From Paraspadella gotoi (taxonomy: Eukaryota > Animalia > Chaetognatha): a DNA stretch of 64,000 bases. The stretch covers positions 28,615,248 to 28,679,247 of the forward strand of contig CM119265.1 in NCBI GenBank assembly GCA_051294375.1, written 5' to 3'. A program made the position numbers and the translations under genes. The notes under the pieces are model-generated. The model had not been told where the DNA came from. It did not search any database and saw only the letters and a program-made list of their open reading frames with translations. Positions 51,461-64,000 of the stretch are shown here, one piece after another (position 1 is the stretch's first letter; every line of letters starts with the position of its first letter).

Positions 51461-51604
51461 ACAAATGTAGAGTCTGTAGAGTCTTGTAAAGAGTAGTAGT
51501 AGCTTGAGAGTTGAGTTGTAGAGGAGAGTAGTTTGTAGTAGAGAGAGAGTAGTAGTAGATAAGTCTGTAGTCATAGGAGTAGAGAGTCTTGAGCNNNNNN
51601 NNNN

Positions 51605-53509
51605 TTTTGATTGATTAATCGACTGAATAAATAATTATTGCTTAATTAATTGACTAATTGATTAATTAACCGATTAATTATTTGATTAATTAATACATCT
51701 TGCATTTACATTTAAAATAAAAAGAAAAAGAAGCATAATCAATTAGTGAAACAGGTTCTTTCTTTTTTCCATTTAAACTCATTTCCACTCAAACGATTCC
51801 ATCGAAACTTGATTTCCAGTTTAATCACATACTTTTCTACCCAAATACAAAATTTTAAGTCAATCGCCCCATCCACTCATGATTAATTGGTGTTAAAATA
51901 GTGAAATATTTTTTTTTGTTTTTTCAATTTAAACTCATTTCCACTCGGACGATTTCATCGAAACTTCATATCCAGCTCGATCACACACTTCCCTACTAAG
52001 GCGTAGTAAAATTTCTAAATTTAACTTTAATTAAAATTCTAAAAGTGAGGAACGAACAACATTATATTAATGAACATTTATGTAATATATCAACTTAGTA
52101 ATGGGTACTCTCCTGTGCGTCCTATCAGCGACAACCATTTACTACGTTCAACAGAGTATATTAGCCATTATGTACAACAAGTAGAAGGAGGAGTTTAATA
52201 CCTAAATTATTTAAATACTTATTATCATTATAACTATCATTTAAATTCTCATTTAAACTCACATCTTAGGCTTCCCATAGACTAAGTGAATTTAGCATAA
52301 ATTAAAAAGAAAGGAAAAATAATTCAAATCTCGTTCTGCTCCGTGTCCTCGGCACCGCGTCTCTAAAATCCCTACGCGCGGATTCTTAGCGCCGGTTCGC
52401 TTAATTGGCGTCCCGACGCTAAGCGTCCGCCACGCCCATTGCTGTGCCAGCGGCGCCGCATCGCGCCGTCTTTCTCTATATAATAAAAAAATTTATAATA
52501 AATTTTACAATTTACGCAATAGGCTATATTTATACTAGTACTAAACCAATAAATGTTAAAATTTCAAAACAGTTTTTTCTAAGAATTTTTTGCAGATTTG
52601 GATTCGTCATAAAAAGTTGATAAAAAGAAATATAACTCTTTTTGAAAAATTCCTTCATTAAGTGGGTTAAAAATGAAAAAAAGCAATATTTTAAGCTGAA
52701 AATTAACTTTTTATATATTAAATATAGTTTGTTTTTTTTTAACCAATTTAATGAAAGAATTTTTAAAAATGATTTTGTTTTTTTCTTTTTCTAATCTTTT
52801 TTCTATCTTATTATGTTTTTGTTTGTTAGACTTAGTCTATGATTGTAATATCGATTGATTTGTGTCTGGAATCCGACCTTGTTATATATTTAGATTATCG
52901 CATTATTAATTTTTATTGCAAGGACTTAGTCAAGACCCGCTCGTCTGTGCCCACCTCAACATGTTTATAACTCATCGTTGTGTAGCATCTGGGACCATGT
53001 TCCTCGCTTTCCTAACGCACAAAACATTGGCCTTGGTATTGAACCTTAAGTCAGTGGCTTCACACAATGGTACCATCCGTTACGAAGGAAACCTCCAATG
53101 GAAGAGAATCTTGCTAAGTTTGGAGGGGTCTATCTATCTGGGGGGAGACATTGCGATCAGTAGGGGGATTAGATTAAGCATAAGTGACATTGAGCAAATT
53201 ATAGGAAATTAAGAAAAGCTATTGAGGTAATTCGATTGATAAGGCCCATGTACACGTATGAGTTAATCATACGCACTACTGCAACAAATAAATGAACATA
53301 CAATTTTTTACATATTAATGTTCACTGATGGTATTTGTTTATATTGACTTTTAGATTTTCGATTGTAACTTTCACTACGCCTTATCCTACACACACACAA
53401 AATTTCATTCTATACTCCTTCCAATCACGAGTAATTGGTGTTTTTTGCTAAAGGTGGGACCGGACAGACGGAGGACGGACGGATGGACGCACGGACATCG
53501 TTTGTTTTG
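51605..53509 (-). mobile_element. HINE-like element interrupted by a TAAGGCGTAGT MITE (51997-53324) with its own inserts
   Basis: HINE core resumes after the MITE with a repeated TCC(C)TAC; bounded by gaps. Confidence 0.65.
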
Positions 53510-55264
53510 NNNNNNNNNNNNNNNNNNNNNNNNNATATTTTCTTTTATCAACTTTTGACGAGGAATTCAAATCTGTAATAAAAATTAAGAAAAGCCTATT
53601 TTGAAATTTTTCGATTTTATAAGGATAGTACTATATATAAATATAGCCTACTGCAAAAATTAAAAAACATAAAATTAATTTTTTTTACAAATTAATGTTC
53701 ACTGATGGTATGTTGTTATAATTGACTTTTAGAATTTTCGTATGTAACTTTCACTACGCCTTATTCCTACACACAACAAAATTTCATTCTTAATCCATCC
53801 TTCCAATCACGAGTAATTGGTGTTTTTTGCTAAGGTGGGACGGACCAGACGGACAGCGGACGATATAAATATATATAGTTTTCATATTAGGCGGTGAACA
53901 GGTTGATAAACTAGAAGGTTCTCTCAAAATAAATAATGGTAAAGTGACTGTTAGAGAATATGAAAATAAAAATAATTTAAAAAATTATCTTATTAATAAG
54001 CGCAGAAAGCCTTTAAAGATGATTTTATTACTATATAAAGTTAAATTTTTTTTTTTGAATTATTCAATTTTTTTTTATAGACTCTGATAGAGCTTTAAAA
54101 GTTAGATAAAGGTTATTAATACAAATTTTATAATTTTTTTGGTTTTATTGATAAAAATTTTTAAAAAAACATAAAATTCAGCAATGATGATGATGATGAG
54201 ATGATTTTTAACGTTTTTTTTGTTTTTAACTAATTTCTTGTCAAAATTTTAAAAAATTGTTGTACTAACTTTCATTTAATTTTTTAAGCTCTATAGGAAT
54301 CCGTTCTTAAATATAATTTGTTTAAAAAAATTTTTTTGTATTTGTATATATTAATAAATATTTCAAAGCTTCAGTGCAACAACCCAATGAACTAATTCAA
54401 AAAGTTGCATTGAAAATCGATTTAGTAATAGAAGGAAAAAAATTTTGAGAGAATTAGAAGTTATAAAAAGTGTTCAATTTTGGCCCGCTATAGCTATAGA
54501 AATATAACCATAGGTTTATATATACATACTAGTAAAAGTATATCATAGGCTAAAATTTCAAAATGCAATTTTTTATTTTTTAGAACGTATTTGGATTTAT
54601 TGAAAATAGTTGATATAAGAAAGTATAATTCTTTTCTGAAAATTATATTATTAAGTTGGTCAAAAATGTAAAAAACTATATTTAAAATGCCAATTTTTTT
54701 ATTTACAGCTTAAAAATAATTTTTTTGGGTAATTTTAACCTACTTAATAACATATTTTTTGAATAAATTTATAATTCTTTTCAACAACTTTTCATGATGA
54801 ATCTGAATCTGTTCTTAGAATTAAAAAAGAAAACTATTTTAAAATTTTGACATTATATAGGGGTAGTACTAGCAGATTCGAAAACGAAAGTTTTAGTATT
54901 TTTACAACGATTTTATTTTTCGTTTTATTATTCGTTTTCGAATCTGCTATCTTATTGAACAACGAAAAGAGAGAAAAATTACACAAGGGTAGTACTGTTA
55001 TACTAAATAAGCTGACTGGGCTCAGTAAACGTAAAAAAAAATAACTACAGATTAGTATTCACTAATATAATAGTTTTAAAGTATAACTGCTAAATTTTGA
55101 TTCCAAACTTTAACTTCACCCTACTAAATAATATCATCGATTTCTTGACTTGCTTGATATCACGATCTTGATTGATTGATCGAATTGATTTGATTGACTA
55201 AAGAAATGATTTTATGACCCAATATATGCTGTATAGCGAGCTATTTCCAATCTCCATTCCTTAC

Positions 55265-55381
55265 CTTGACGCTTTTGCCCATCTCGTCCCAGATGGGCGC
55301 CAAGTCCTGGCAATGACCTTACCATGGCGGCGTAGAACTTGACGAAGGTGAAGCCTTGACCGATCGTTGAGTGGAAGTTGG
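55265..55381 (-). pseudogene. Thioredoxin-domain (PDI/TXNDC5-like) exon fragment with TAA at the first CxxC cysteine
   Basis: SNFHSTIGQGFTFVKFYA(P)W*GHCQDLAPIWDEMGKSVK then GTAAGG donor; one extra base in this copy. Confidence 0.7.
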
Positions 55382-55445
<64 letters not shown>

Positions 55446-56275
55446 CGTGTCCGTCACAGGTTTCCACCTCGATTACGTAAAAGAGAAGCTACCATTCTAC
55501 CCCCGTGTCCCGTTCGCGAGTGACACCAAAAAAATGAATAAATATTTTTTGAAATTTTCTTTCCTCATTCTATAGCAAAGTACTGACGTTTATTATATTT
55601 TAATTTCAACGAGATTAAATTTGATATTTACTTATGTGAAACAATCTTTCTTTAATGGTCATCCAATTTCATTTCAGTAAAAAACTTAATATTTAAAAAG
55701 AAGAAAATCATTATAAATTAATTACTCATTAATTACTAAAATTATTAAAATTCATTTACACCCTTAAATTAAAGAATTATCTGGGAATCCTTATGATTAA
55801 AGTAATTATTCAAAACAGTAAAGAACATGCTCAGGACAGCATTTTTTTTTTCAAATTGGACGAAATTGTATAAATAAAACTTAAGATTTACAATTAAAAA
55901 AAAATCATTAATCAGAAGTTACATAACATTACGAAATTCAGATACGCCATTGATTAGACCATTAATAGGGATTTCTTATGATGTTTTTTTTTTTTAAAAA
56001 CAATCAAAGAACACGCCTGAAATGGTCCTTTTCGCCAATTTTACTGTGTTAGATAAAAAAATTAAACATAGATAGTAAATGAATGTAGCTGAAATTTGGT
56101 GCGCTTGGAAAATAAACAAAACTGTTTCACTTGATTTTATCAAATGTATATTTAAATAAAATATTGAGTGAAAACAATTACCGATTAAGTAAAAGCTAAC
56201 GTCTTCTTCACGAGTATATATTTGTGGAAACACGTTTATGATCCTATTATCAGATCGTACATTTTGAGAGGACAT

Positions 56276-56555
56276 ATGTGTGGGATAAGGCGCTAAGTGG
56301 GCAGAAGATGACTATCCATAACTTCTATAACCCCCAGAGACATGGAACGGGTCTTGGGCTTGGAACCAGGGTGAGGGTTTGCCACGCCCCCAAGCAGCTT
56401 TGGGCCGTCCTTACTCTTACCGCAGGGCAGGTACCGGGTTGGGATTGAACCCGGTACCTAGTGGTCAGAGTTAATGGCTTTACTCAATGAGCCACCGGGT
56501 CACAACTGAAAGAGTCATGCTTATAGGCGGGGTGAACCTAGGCAATGCCCGACAC
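56276..56555 (-). mobile_element. tRNA-derived SINE, family C (duplicate at ~60676-60965)
   Basis: B-box GGTTCAATCCC; flanking direct repeat ACATATGT. Confidence 0.6.
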
Positions 56556-57591
56556 ATATGTATTTTTTTCATTTGTAAACCATGTCTGGAATGTTTACCC
56601 TTGGATCTCAATCATTATCTTGATCTCGGTCAGAGAAAGTTGTCGTAAAATAAACTTACCTGTGGGACAAAATGTTATTCGAAATTGTGCATATCTATTC
56701 TCTCTTTTTGAAAATTAAAAAAAAAACAACCAGTTGATTTGTATTAAAACTATTTTTTCATCTTCGCGGATATTTAATATGTTGTCGATTTATATTAAAA
56801 GTTTAATTCAATTTACCAAATCCTTTTTATTGGTAGAATGGTTATCCCAACTAAAAATTTAGATTCCAAAATGGAATCCATATCTATTAAGTGCATCTTT
56901 TGTTATTTTCTTTTTTTTTCATACTAGAGAGAGCGCCACGAGACACTCTTCAAATAAAAACTCTTCGGAAAGAAACAAAAGACAGCAATCAAATAAATAT
57001 AAATTTATTGACTTCTCAGGGCGCCTTGCTTCATTATAAATTGATATAGACATAGATAAATAAATAATAAAAATTACATAATAAATAATAATATAGATTA
57101 ACATTGGCAAATCCAATTTGTTTTTAAAACTCCCTCGACGATCATCTGCAAATCTATGTGAAAGCATGTTTCTGGAGTTTAATTTGCTTAATTCAATTAT
57201 ATTTATTTATGAATCAAAAGTCGTCTACTACCATACATGATATCTTAGAATAAAATTGTCGTTAATGAATTTTTCTCAATATTTTTTAAAATCACTCTTT
57301 TTAATTTGAAAACGTTTCAAAGAACTCTCAGAGGGCATCTATGATAATCAGCATATAAGAAAAAGTTGTTTTTTGCCCAAAAAAATTTTTTTTTTCTGAA
57401 ATAAAAGAGACAATTTGACAGTTAAGACGATAAAAGATTAAACGGATTTGAAACAATATGACATTAAAACAATAGATGTTTTGCCCAAAAGAGAGGTATC
57501 TCAGGAAATTGAGGCCATTTGGCATCACTGTGCCTCGTACAAAAAACTTTATATATAACATGAACAAAAAATAATCGCCAACAAAGGAAAC

Positions 57592-57592
57592 C

Positions 57593-57688
<96 letters not shown>

Positions 57689-57805
57689 CCTGTTTTCACC
57701 CAAAATCTTCACGATTTTCGTCTCCACTTCCTTCGTATTTTATCCATCCCAGCGGACGTAGGAGCAACAGTGTATGACTGCCTCGTCTTTCTCTCTCTCT
57801 CTTCT

Positions 57806-57849
<44 letters not shown>

Positions 57850-58078
57850 CTCTGCTCTCTCTCTCTCTCTCTCTCTCTCTTTCCTCTCTCTCCTCTCTCC
57901 TCTTCTCTCTTCCCCGGTCTCTTGGCGTAACAATTCTTCCTTCTTCTTCCTCCAGCGAAATCCCGCTTCATTCCTCTCCTCCTCCTCCTCCTCCTCCTCC
58001 TCCTCCTCTTCTTCTTCTTTCTCCTCCTCCTCCTTCCTCATCGTTTTTTTTTTTTCGCCATCGCTCTCTCTCTCTCTC
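57592..58078. repeat. (CAA)n, (CT)n and (CCT)n microsatellites
   Basis: Seen directly; repeated at 62025-62540. Confidence 0.9.
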
Positions 58079-58196
58079 ATAATTCGATGTTTTGACATGA
58101 TATAAGTGAATGCCCGAGAAGATTGAGGGGGCGGACCGACAGACCGATAAAGTGAATTATAGAGTCGGGATCTGCTGAAAGCAGATCCGACTAAAA
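58077..58196 (-). mobile_element. Isolated 5' terminus of a HINE-like element
   Basis: AGTCGGGATCTGCTGAAAGCAGATCCGACTAAAAA hairpin end. Confidence 0.7.
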
Positions 58197-59663
58197 ACCA
58201 ATAAAAATACTTTGGTAAATTTAGTTTTTAATTTTATACACTAGTGGGCACCAGTGAGCTATGTTTATAGCTATATATATATTAGGCGTGAACAGGTTGA
58301 AAACTAGAAGTTCTCTCAAATAAATAATGGTAAAGTGACTGTTAGAGAATATGAAAATAAAAATAATTTTAAAAAATTATCTTATTAATAAGCGCACGAA
58401 AGCCTTTAAAGATGATTTTATTACTATATAAAGTTAAATTTTTTTTTTGAATTTTTCAATTTTTTTTTATAGACTCTGATAGAGCTTTAAAAGTTAGATA
58501 AAGGTTATTAATACAAATTTTATAATTTTTTTGGTTTTATTGATAAAAATTTTTAAAAAACATAAAATTCAGCCAATGATGATGATGATGATGATGATTT
58601 TTAACGTTTTTTTTGTTTTTAACTAATTTCTTGTCAAAATTTTAAAAAATTGTTGTACTAACTTTCATTTAATTTTTTAAGCTCTATAGGAATCCGTTCT
58701 TAAAATATAATTTGTTTAAAAAAATTTTTGTAATTTGTTATATATTAATAAATATTTAAAAGCTTCAGTGCAACAACCCAATGAACTAATTCAAAAAGTT
58801 GCATTGAAAATCGATTTAGTAATAGAAGGAAAAAAAATTTTGAGAGAATTAGAAGTTATAAAAAGTGTTCAATTTTGGCCCGCTATAGCTATAGAAATAT
58901 AACCATAGGTTTATATATACATACATAGTAAAAAGTATATCATAGGCTAAAATTTCAAAATGCAATTTTTTATTTTTTAGAACGTATTTGGATTTATTGA
59001 AAATAGTTGATATAAGAAAGTATAATTCTTTTCTGAAAATTATATTATTAAGTTGGTCAAAAATGTAAAAAACTATATTTAAAATGCCAATTTTTTTATT
59101 TACAGCTTAAAAATAATTTTTTTGGGTAATTTTAACCTACTTAATAACATATTTTTTGAATAATATTTATAATTTCTTTCAACAACTTTTCATGATGAAT
59201 CTGAATCTGTTCTTAGAATTAAAAAAGAAACTATTTTAAAATTTTGACATTATATAGGGGTAGTACTAGCAGATTCGAAAACGAAAGTTTTAGTATTTTT
59301 ACAACGATTTTATTTTTCGTTTTATTATTCGTTTTCGAATCTGCTATCTTATTGAACAACGAAAAGAGAGAAAAATTACACAAGGGGTAGTACTGTATAC
59401 TAAATAAGCTGACTGGGCTTCAGTAAACGTAAAAAAAAATAACTACAGATTAGTATTCACTAATATAATAGTTTTAAAGATATAACTGCTAAATTTTGAT
59501 TCCAAACTTTAACTTCACCCTACTAAATAATATCATCGATTTCTTGACTTGCTTGATATCACGATCTTGATTGATTGATCGAATTGATTTGATTGACTAA
59601 AGAAATGATTTTATGACCCAATATATGCTGTATAGCGAGCTATTTCCAATCTCCATTCCTTAC

Positions 59664-59778
59664 CTTGACGCTTTTGCCATCTCGTCCCAGATGGGCGCCA
59701 AGTCCTGGCAATGACCTTACCATGGCGCGTAGAACTTGACGAAGGTGAAGCCTTGACCGATCGTTGAGTGGAAGTTGG
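59664..59778 (-). pseudogene. Second copy of the thioredoxin-domain exon fragment
   Basis: AAG TTC TAC GCG CCA TGG TAA GGT CAT TGC = KFYAPW*GHC in frame. Confidence 0.7.
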
Positions 59779-62023
59779 CGAAAGAGAGAGAGAGAGAGGG
59801 AGAGAGGGAGAGAGAGAGAGAGAGAGAGAGAGCGTGTCCGTCACAGGTTTCCACCTCGATTACGTAAAAGAGAAGCTACCATTCTACCCCGTGTCCGTTC
59901 GCGAGTGACACCAAAAAAATGAATAAATATTTTTTGAAATTTTCTTTCCTCATTCTATAGCAAAGTACTTGACGTTTATTATATTTTAATTTCACGAGAT
60001 TAATTTGATATTTACTTATGTGAAACAATCTTTCTTTAATGGTCATCCAATTTCATTTTCAGTAAAAAACTTAATATTTTAAAAGAAGAAAATCATTATA
60101 AATTAATTACTCATTAATTACTAAAAATTATTAAAATTCATTTACACCCTTAAATTAAGAATTATCTGGGAATCCTTATGATTAAAGTAATTATTCAAAA
60201 CAGTAAAGAACATGCTCAGGACAGCATTTTTTTTTCAAATTGGACGAATTGTATAAATAAAACTTAAGATTTACAATTAAAAAAAAATCATTAATCAGAA
60301 GTTACATAACATTACGATAATTCAGATACGCCATTGATTAGACCATTAATAGGGATTTCTTATGATGTATTTTTTTTTAAAAAATCAATCAAGAACACGC
60401 CTGAAATGGTCCTTTTTCGCCAATTTTACTGTGTTAGATAAAAAAATTAAACATAGAATAGTAAATGAATTGTAGCTGAAATTGGGTGCGCTTGGAAAAT
60501 AAGACAAAACTGTTTCACTTGATTTTATCAAATGTATATTTTAAATAAAAATATTGAGTGAAAACAATTACCGATTAAGTAAAAGGTAACGTCTTCTTCA
60601 TTGTCTTTGTGAGTATATATTTGTGGAAACACGTTTATGATCCTATTATCAGATCGGATACATTTTGAGAGGACATATGTGTGGATAAGGCGCTAAGTGG
60701 GCAGAAGATGACTATCCATAACTTCTATAACCCCCTCTAGCAGACATGGAACGGGTCTTTGGCTTGGAACCAGGGTTGAGGGTTTGCCACGCCCCCAAAG
60801 CGGCTTTGGGCCGTCCTTACTCTTACCGCAGGGCAGGTACCGGGTTGGGATTGAACCCGGTACCTAGTGGTCATGAGTTAATGGCTTTACTCAATGAGCC
60901 ACCGGGTCACAACTGAAAGAGTCATGCTTATAGGCGGGGTGAACCTAGGCAATGCCCGACTACATATGTATTTTTTTCATTTGTAAACCATGTCTGGAAT
61001 GTTTACCCTTGGATCTCAATCATTATCCTTGATCTCGGTCAGAGAAAGTTGTCGTAAAATAAACTTACCTTGTGGGACAAAATGTTATTCGTAAATTGTG
61101 CAATATCTATTCTCTCTTTTTGAAAATTAAAAAAAAAACAACCAGTTGATTTGTAATTAAAACTATTTTTTCATCTTCGCGGATATTTAATATGTTGTCG
61201 ATTTATATTAAAAGTTTAATTCAATTTAACCAAAATCCAGTTTTTATTGGCTAGAAGTGGTTTATCCCAACTAAAAATTTAGATTCCAAAATGGAATTCC
61301 ATATCTATTAAGTGCATCTTTTGTTATTTTTTCTTTTTTTTTCATACTAGAGAGAGCGCCACGAGACACTCTTCAATAAAAACTCTTCGGAAAAGAAACA
61401 AAAGATCAGCAATCAAATAAATTATAAATTTATTGACTTCTCAGGGCGCCTTGCTTCAATTATAAATTGATATTAGACATAGATAAATAAATAATAAAAA
61501 TTACAATAATAAATAAATAATATAGATTAACATTGGCAATCCCAATTTGTTTTTAAAACTCCCTCGACGATCATCTGCAAATCTATGTGAAAGCATGTTT
61601 TCTGGAGTTTAATTTGCTTTAATTTCAATTATAATTTATTTATGAATCAAAAGTCGGTCTACTACCATAAATGATATCTTTAAGAATCAAAATTGTCGGT
61701 TAATGAATTTTTCTCAATATTTTTTTAAAATCACTCTTTTTTAATTTGAAACGTTTCAAAGAACCTCAGAGGGCATCTATGATAATCAGCATATAAGAAA
61801 AAGTTGTTTTTGCCCAAAAAAATTTTTTTTTCTGAAATAAAAGAGACAATTTGACAGTTAAGACGATAAAAAGATTAAACGATTTGAAACAATATGACAT
61901 TAAAACAATAATGTTTTTGCCCAAAAAGAGAGGTATCTCAGGAAATTGAGGCCATTTGGATCACTGTGCCTCGTCACAAAAAACTTTTATATATAACATA
62001 ACAAAAATATCGCCAACAAAAGG

Positions 62024-62129
<106 letters not shown>

Positions 62130-62273
62130 CCTGTTTTCACCCAAAATCTTCACGATTTTTCGTCTTCACTTCCTTCGTATTTTATCCATCCCAGCGGACG
62201 TAGGAGCAACAGTGTATGACTGCCTCGTCTTTTCTCTCTCTCTTCATCTCTCTCTCCTCTCTCTCCTCTCTCT

Positions 62274-62321
<48 letters not shown>

Positions 62322-62508
62322 TTCTCTCTCATTCTCTCCTTCTCTCTCTCTCCTCTCTCTTCTCTTCCGGTCTCTTGCGTAACAATTCTTCCCTTCTTCT
62401 TCCTCCAGAAAATCCCGCTTCATTCCTCTCCTCCTCCTCCTCCTCCTCCTCCTCCTCTTCTTCTTCTTTCTCCTCCTCCTCCTTCCTCATCTTTTTTTTT
62501 TTTGCATC

Positions 62509-62544
<36 letters not shown>

Positions 62545-62623
62545 AACAGTGTTTTGAACCACAGTCTGTAAAAACTCGCTTATTTTTACTCCGTTTTCTT
62601 TTTTTTTCTACTCTCTCTTCTCT

Positions 62624-62655
<32 letters not shown>

Positions 62656-62659
62656 CTCA

Positions 62660-62692
<33 letters not shown>

Positions 62693-63874
62693 CTCTCGCC
62701 AACTCTAAGATTTTAGGTTTGGTTCGAGATTTTTTTTTTTTTCAGACTGCCGGGTGATTATACTACTTCTGTTTGGAGGGAAGTACACGCAGTTCCTTCT
62801 CTGCTGTCTCTCTCTCGTGCTCCTCTCTGTTCGCTCCTCTGCTCTCCTCTCTCTCGTTCTTCTCTCTCCTCATCTCAGTCTCGCTCTCTCTCTCTCGTCT
62901 CCTCTCTCGATTTTTCTTTCTTCGTCTGACTGCCCTCTCTCTGCTCTCTCTCTCGCTTCGGTTTTTTTTTTCTTGGATCAAGAACAATTAAATTGAAATC
63001 ATCTCTCTCTCTAAAAAGAGAGGAGGAAGGCACCCGCCCTCTTCCGTCAAGGCATAATTATCCATTTACAAAACAAAAGGACATGAACTCGGAAAAAGAA
63101 AAAAAGAAAGAAAGAAAGAAGTGATTCATTTTTTTTCCTTTTTCGGGTGAAACTGATCTTCGTTCGTTTTTTTTTTTTTGAAGAAACAAAACCAATTCTA
63201 TTCATTCGAAACGATCCTTTCAATTCGTTCATCAAAAAAGAGAAAACAAAAAGAAAACACAACTTCGCTCACTTAAGACAAGAAGTATCTTTTTATTTTA
63301 AAACGAAACCAAAAAAAACATAAAGCCAAAAAAGCGAAACAAATCCATTGCGTCGTTAAAAAAAGCTCAACTTTTACGGCGACGTGAACATGACATGACA
63401 TTACATGACATGACCCTCGTGACCTTAAATATCCTCCATACTTTTCAAGATAAATGATGTTTTTCTCCAAAACTGTGATACATAACAAATAGTCAACCAT
63501 CCATCCCCACACTATAAGAGCTTAGTAGGGTGGATGACGAAACATATCACAGGGCCTCGCTATCGATCCAGAACGACGATCCACGTGGAACTTACAATTA
63601 CCGCTACATCATAAATAAATAATGAACCCACAAAACAAACGGATCAATACAGCGATCATTATACCTAATATAGGATATTTATTTTGTACAAACATATAAA
63701 ACTATAAGATTGAACTCTCTACTCAAAAACACGATTATGAACAGAAGACGAAAAAAAGAAAATTGAAGAAGAAAAAGTTTTTGACGAAAAGAAAAAGATA
63801 TTTTGTTTACGGCTAAAAACCAAACCGTCCGAGCTTTGGATGCATCCGGTCTTTTCAACTCTCTCTGGTCTCTG

Positions 63875-63924
<50 letters not shown>

Positions 63925-64000
63925 CTCTGCTCTCTTCTCTCTCTGTTCGCCTACTCTCTTCTTACAGGGCACTAAAGCTCTCCGAACCACACACGTCCAC

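Overview
AT-rich, repeat-dense DNA from a eukaryote, most likely an invertebrate animal. It is a draft assembly with N-gaps, many homopolymer indels and near-identical duplicated blocks. Three spliced genes can be rebuilt by matching splice phases. (1) A + strand STAND/NLR-like gene (~8.46-14.24 kb) with an N-terminal HEPN-like RNase motif (RNKFAH), a NACHT NTPase, a winged-helix/helical region and a C-terminal Kelch propeller in place of LRRs; its 5' part is broken by indels and stops. This HEPN-NACHT-Kelch architecture is the main candidate novel system. (2) A five-exon phosducin-like gene (+, 16.43-23.08 kb). (3) A convergent three-exon, unusually long XK-related scramblase-family gene (-, 35.83-23.58 kb). 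There is also a duplicated thioredoxin/PDI exon reading APW-TAA-GHC. The rest is mobile DNA: many DINE-1/Helentron-type non-autonomous elements, Penelope-like elements with minimal hammerhead ribozymes and a GIY-YIG remnant, a Tc1 element, MITEs with 8-bp TSDs, a Kolobok-like insert, tRNA-derived SINEs, LINE and RNase H remnants, and microsatellites. All calls come from reading motifs by eye; no searches were run.
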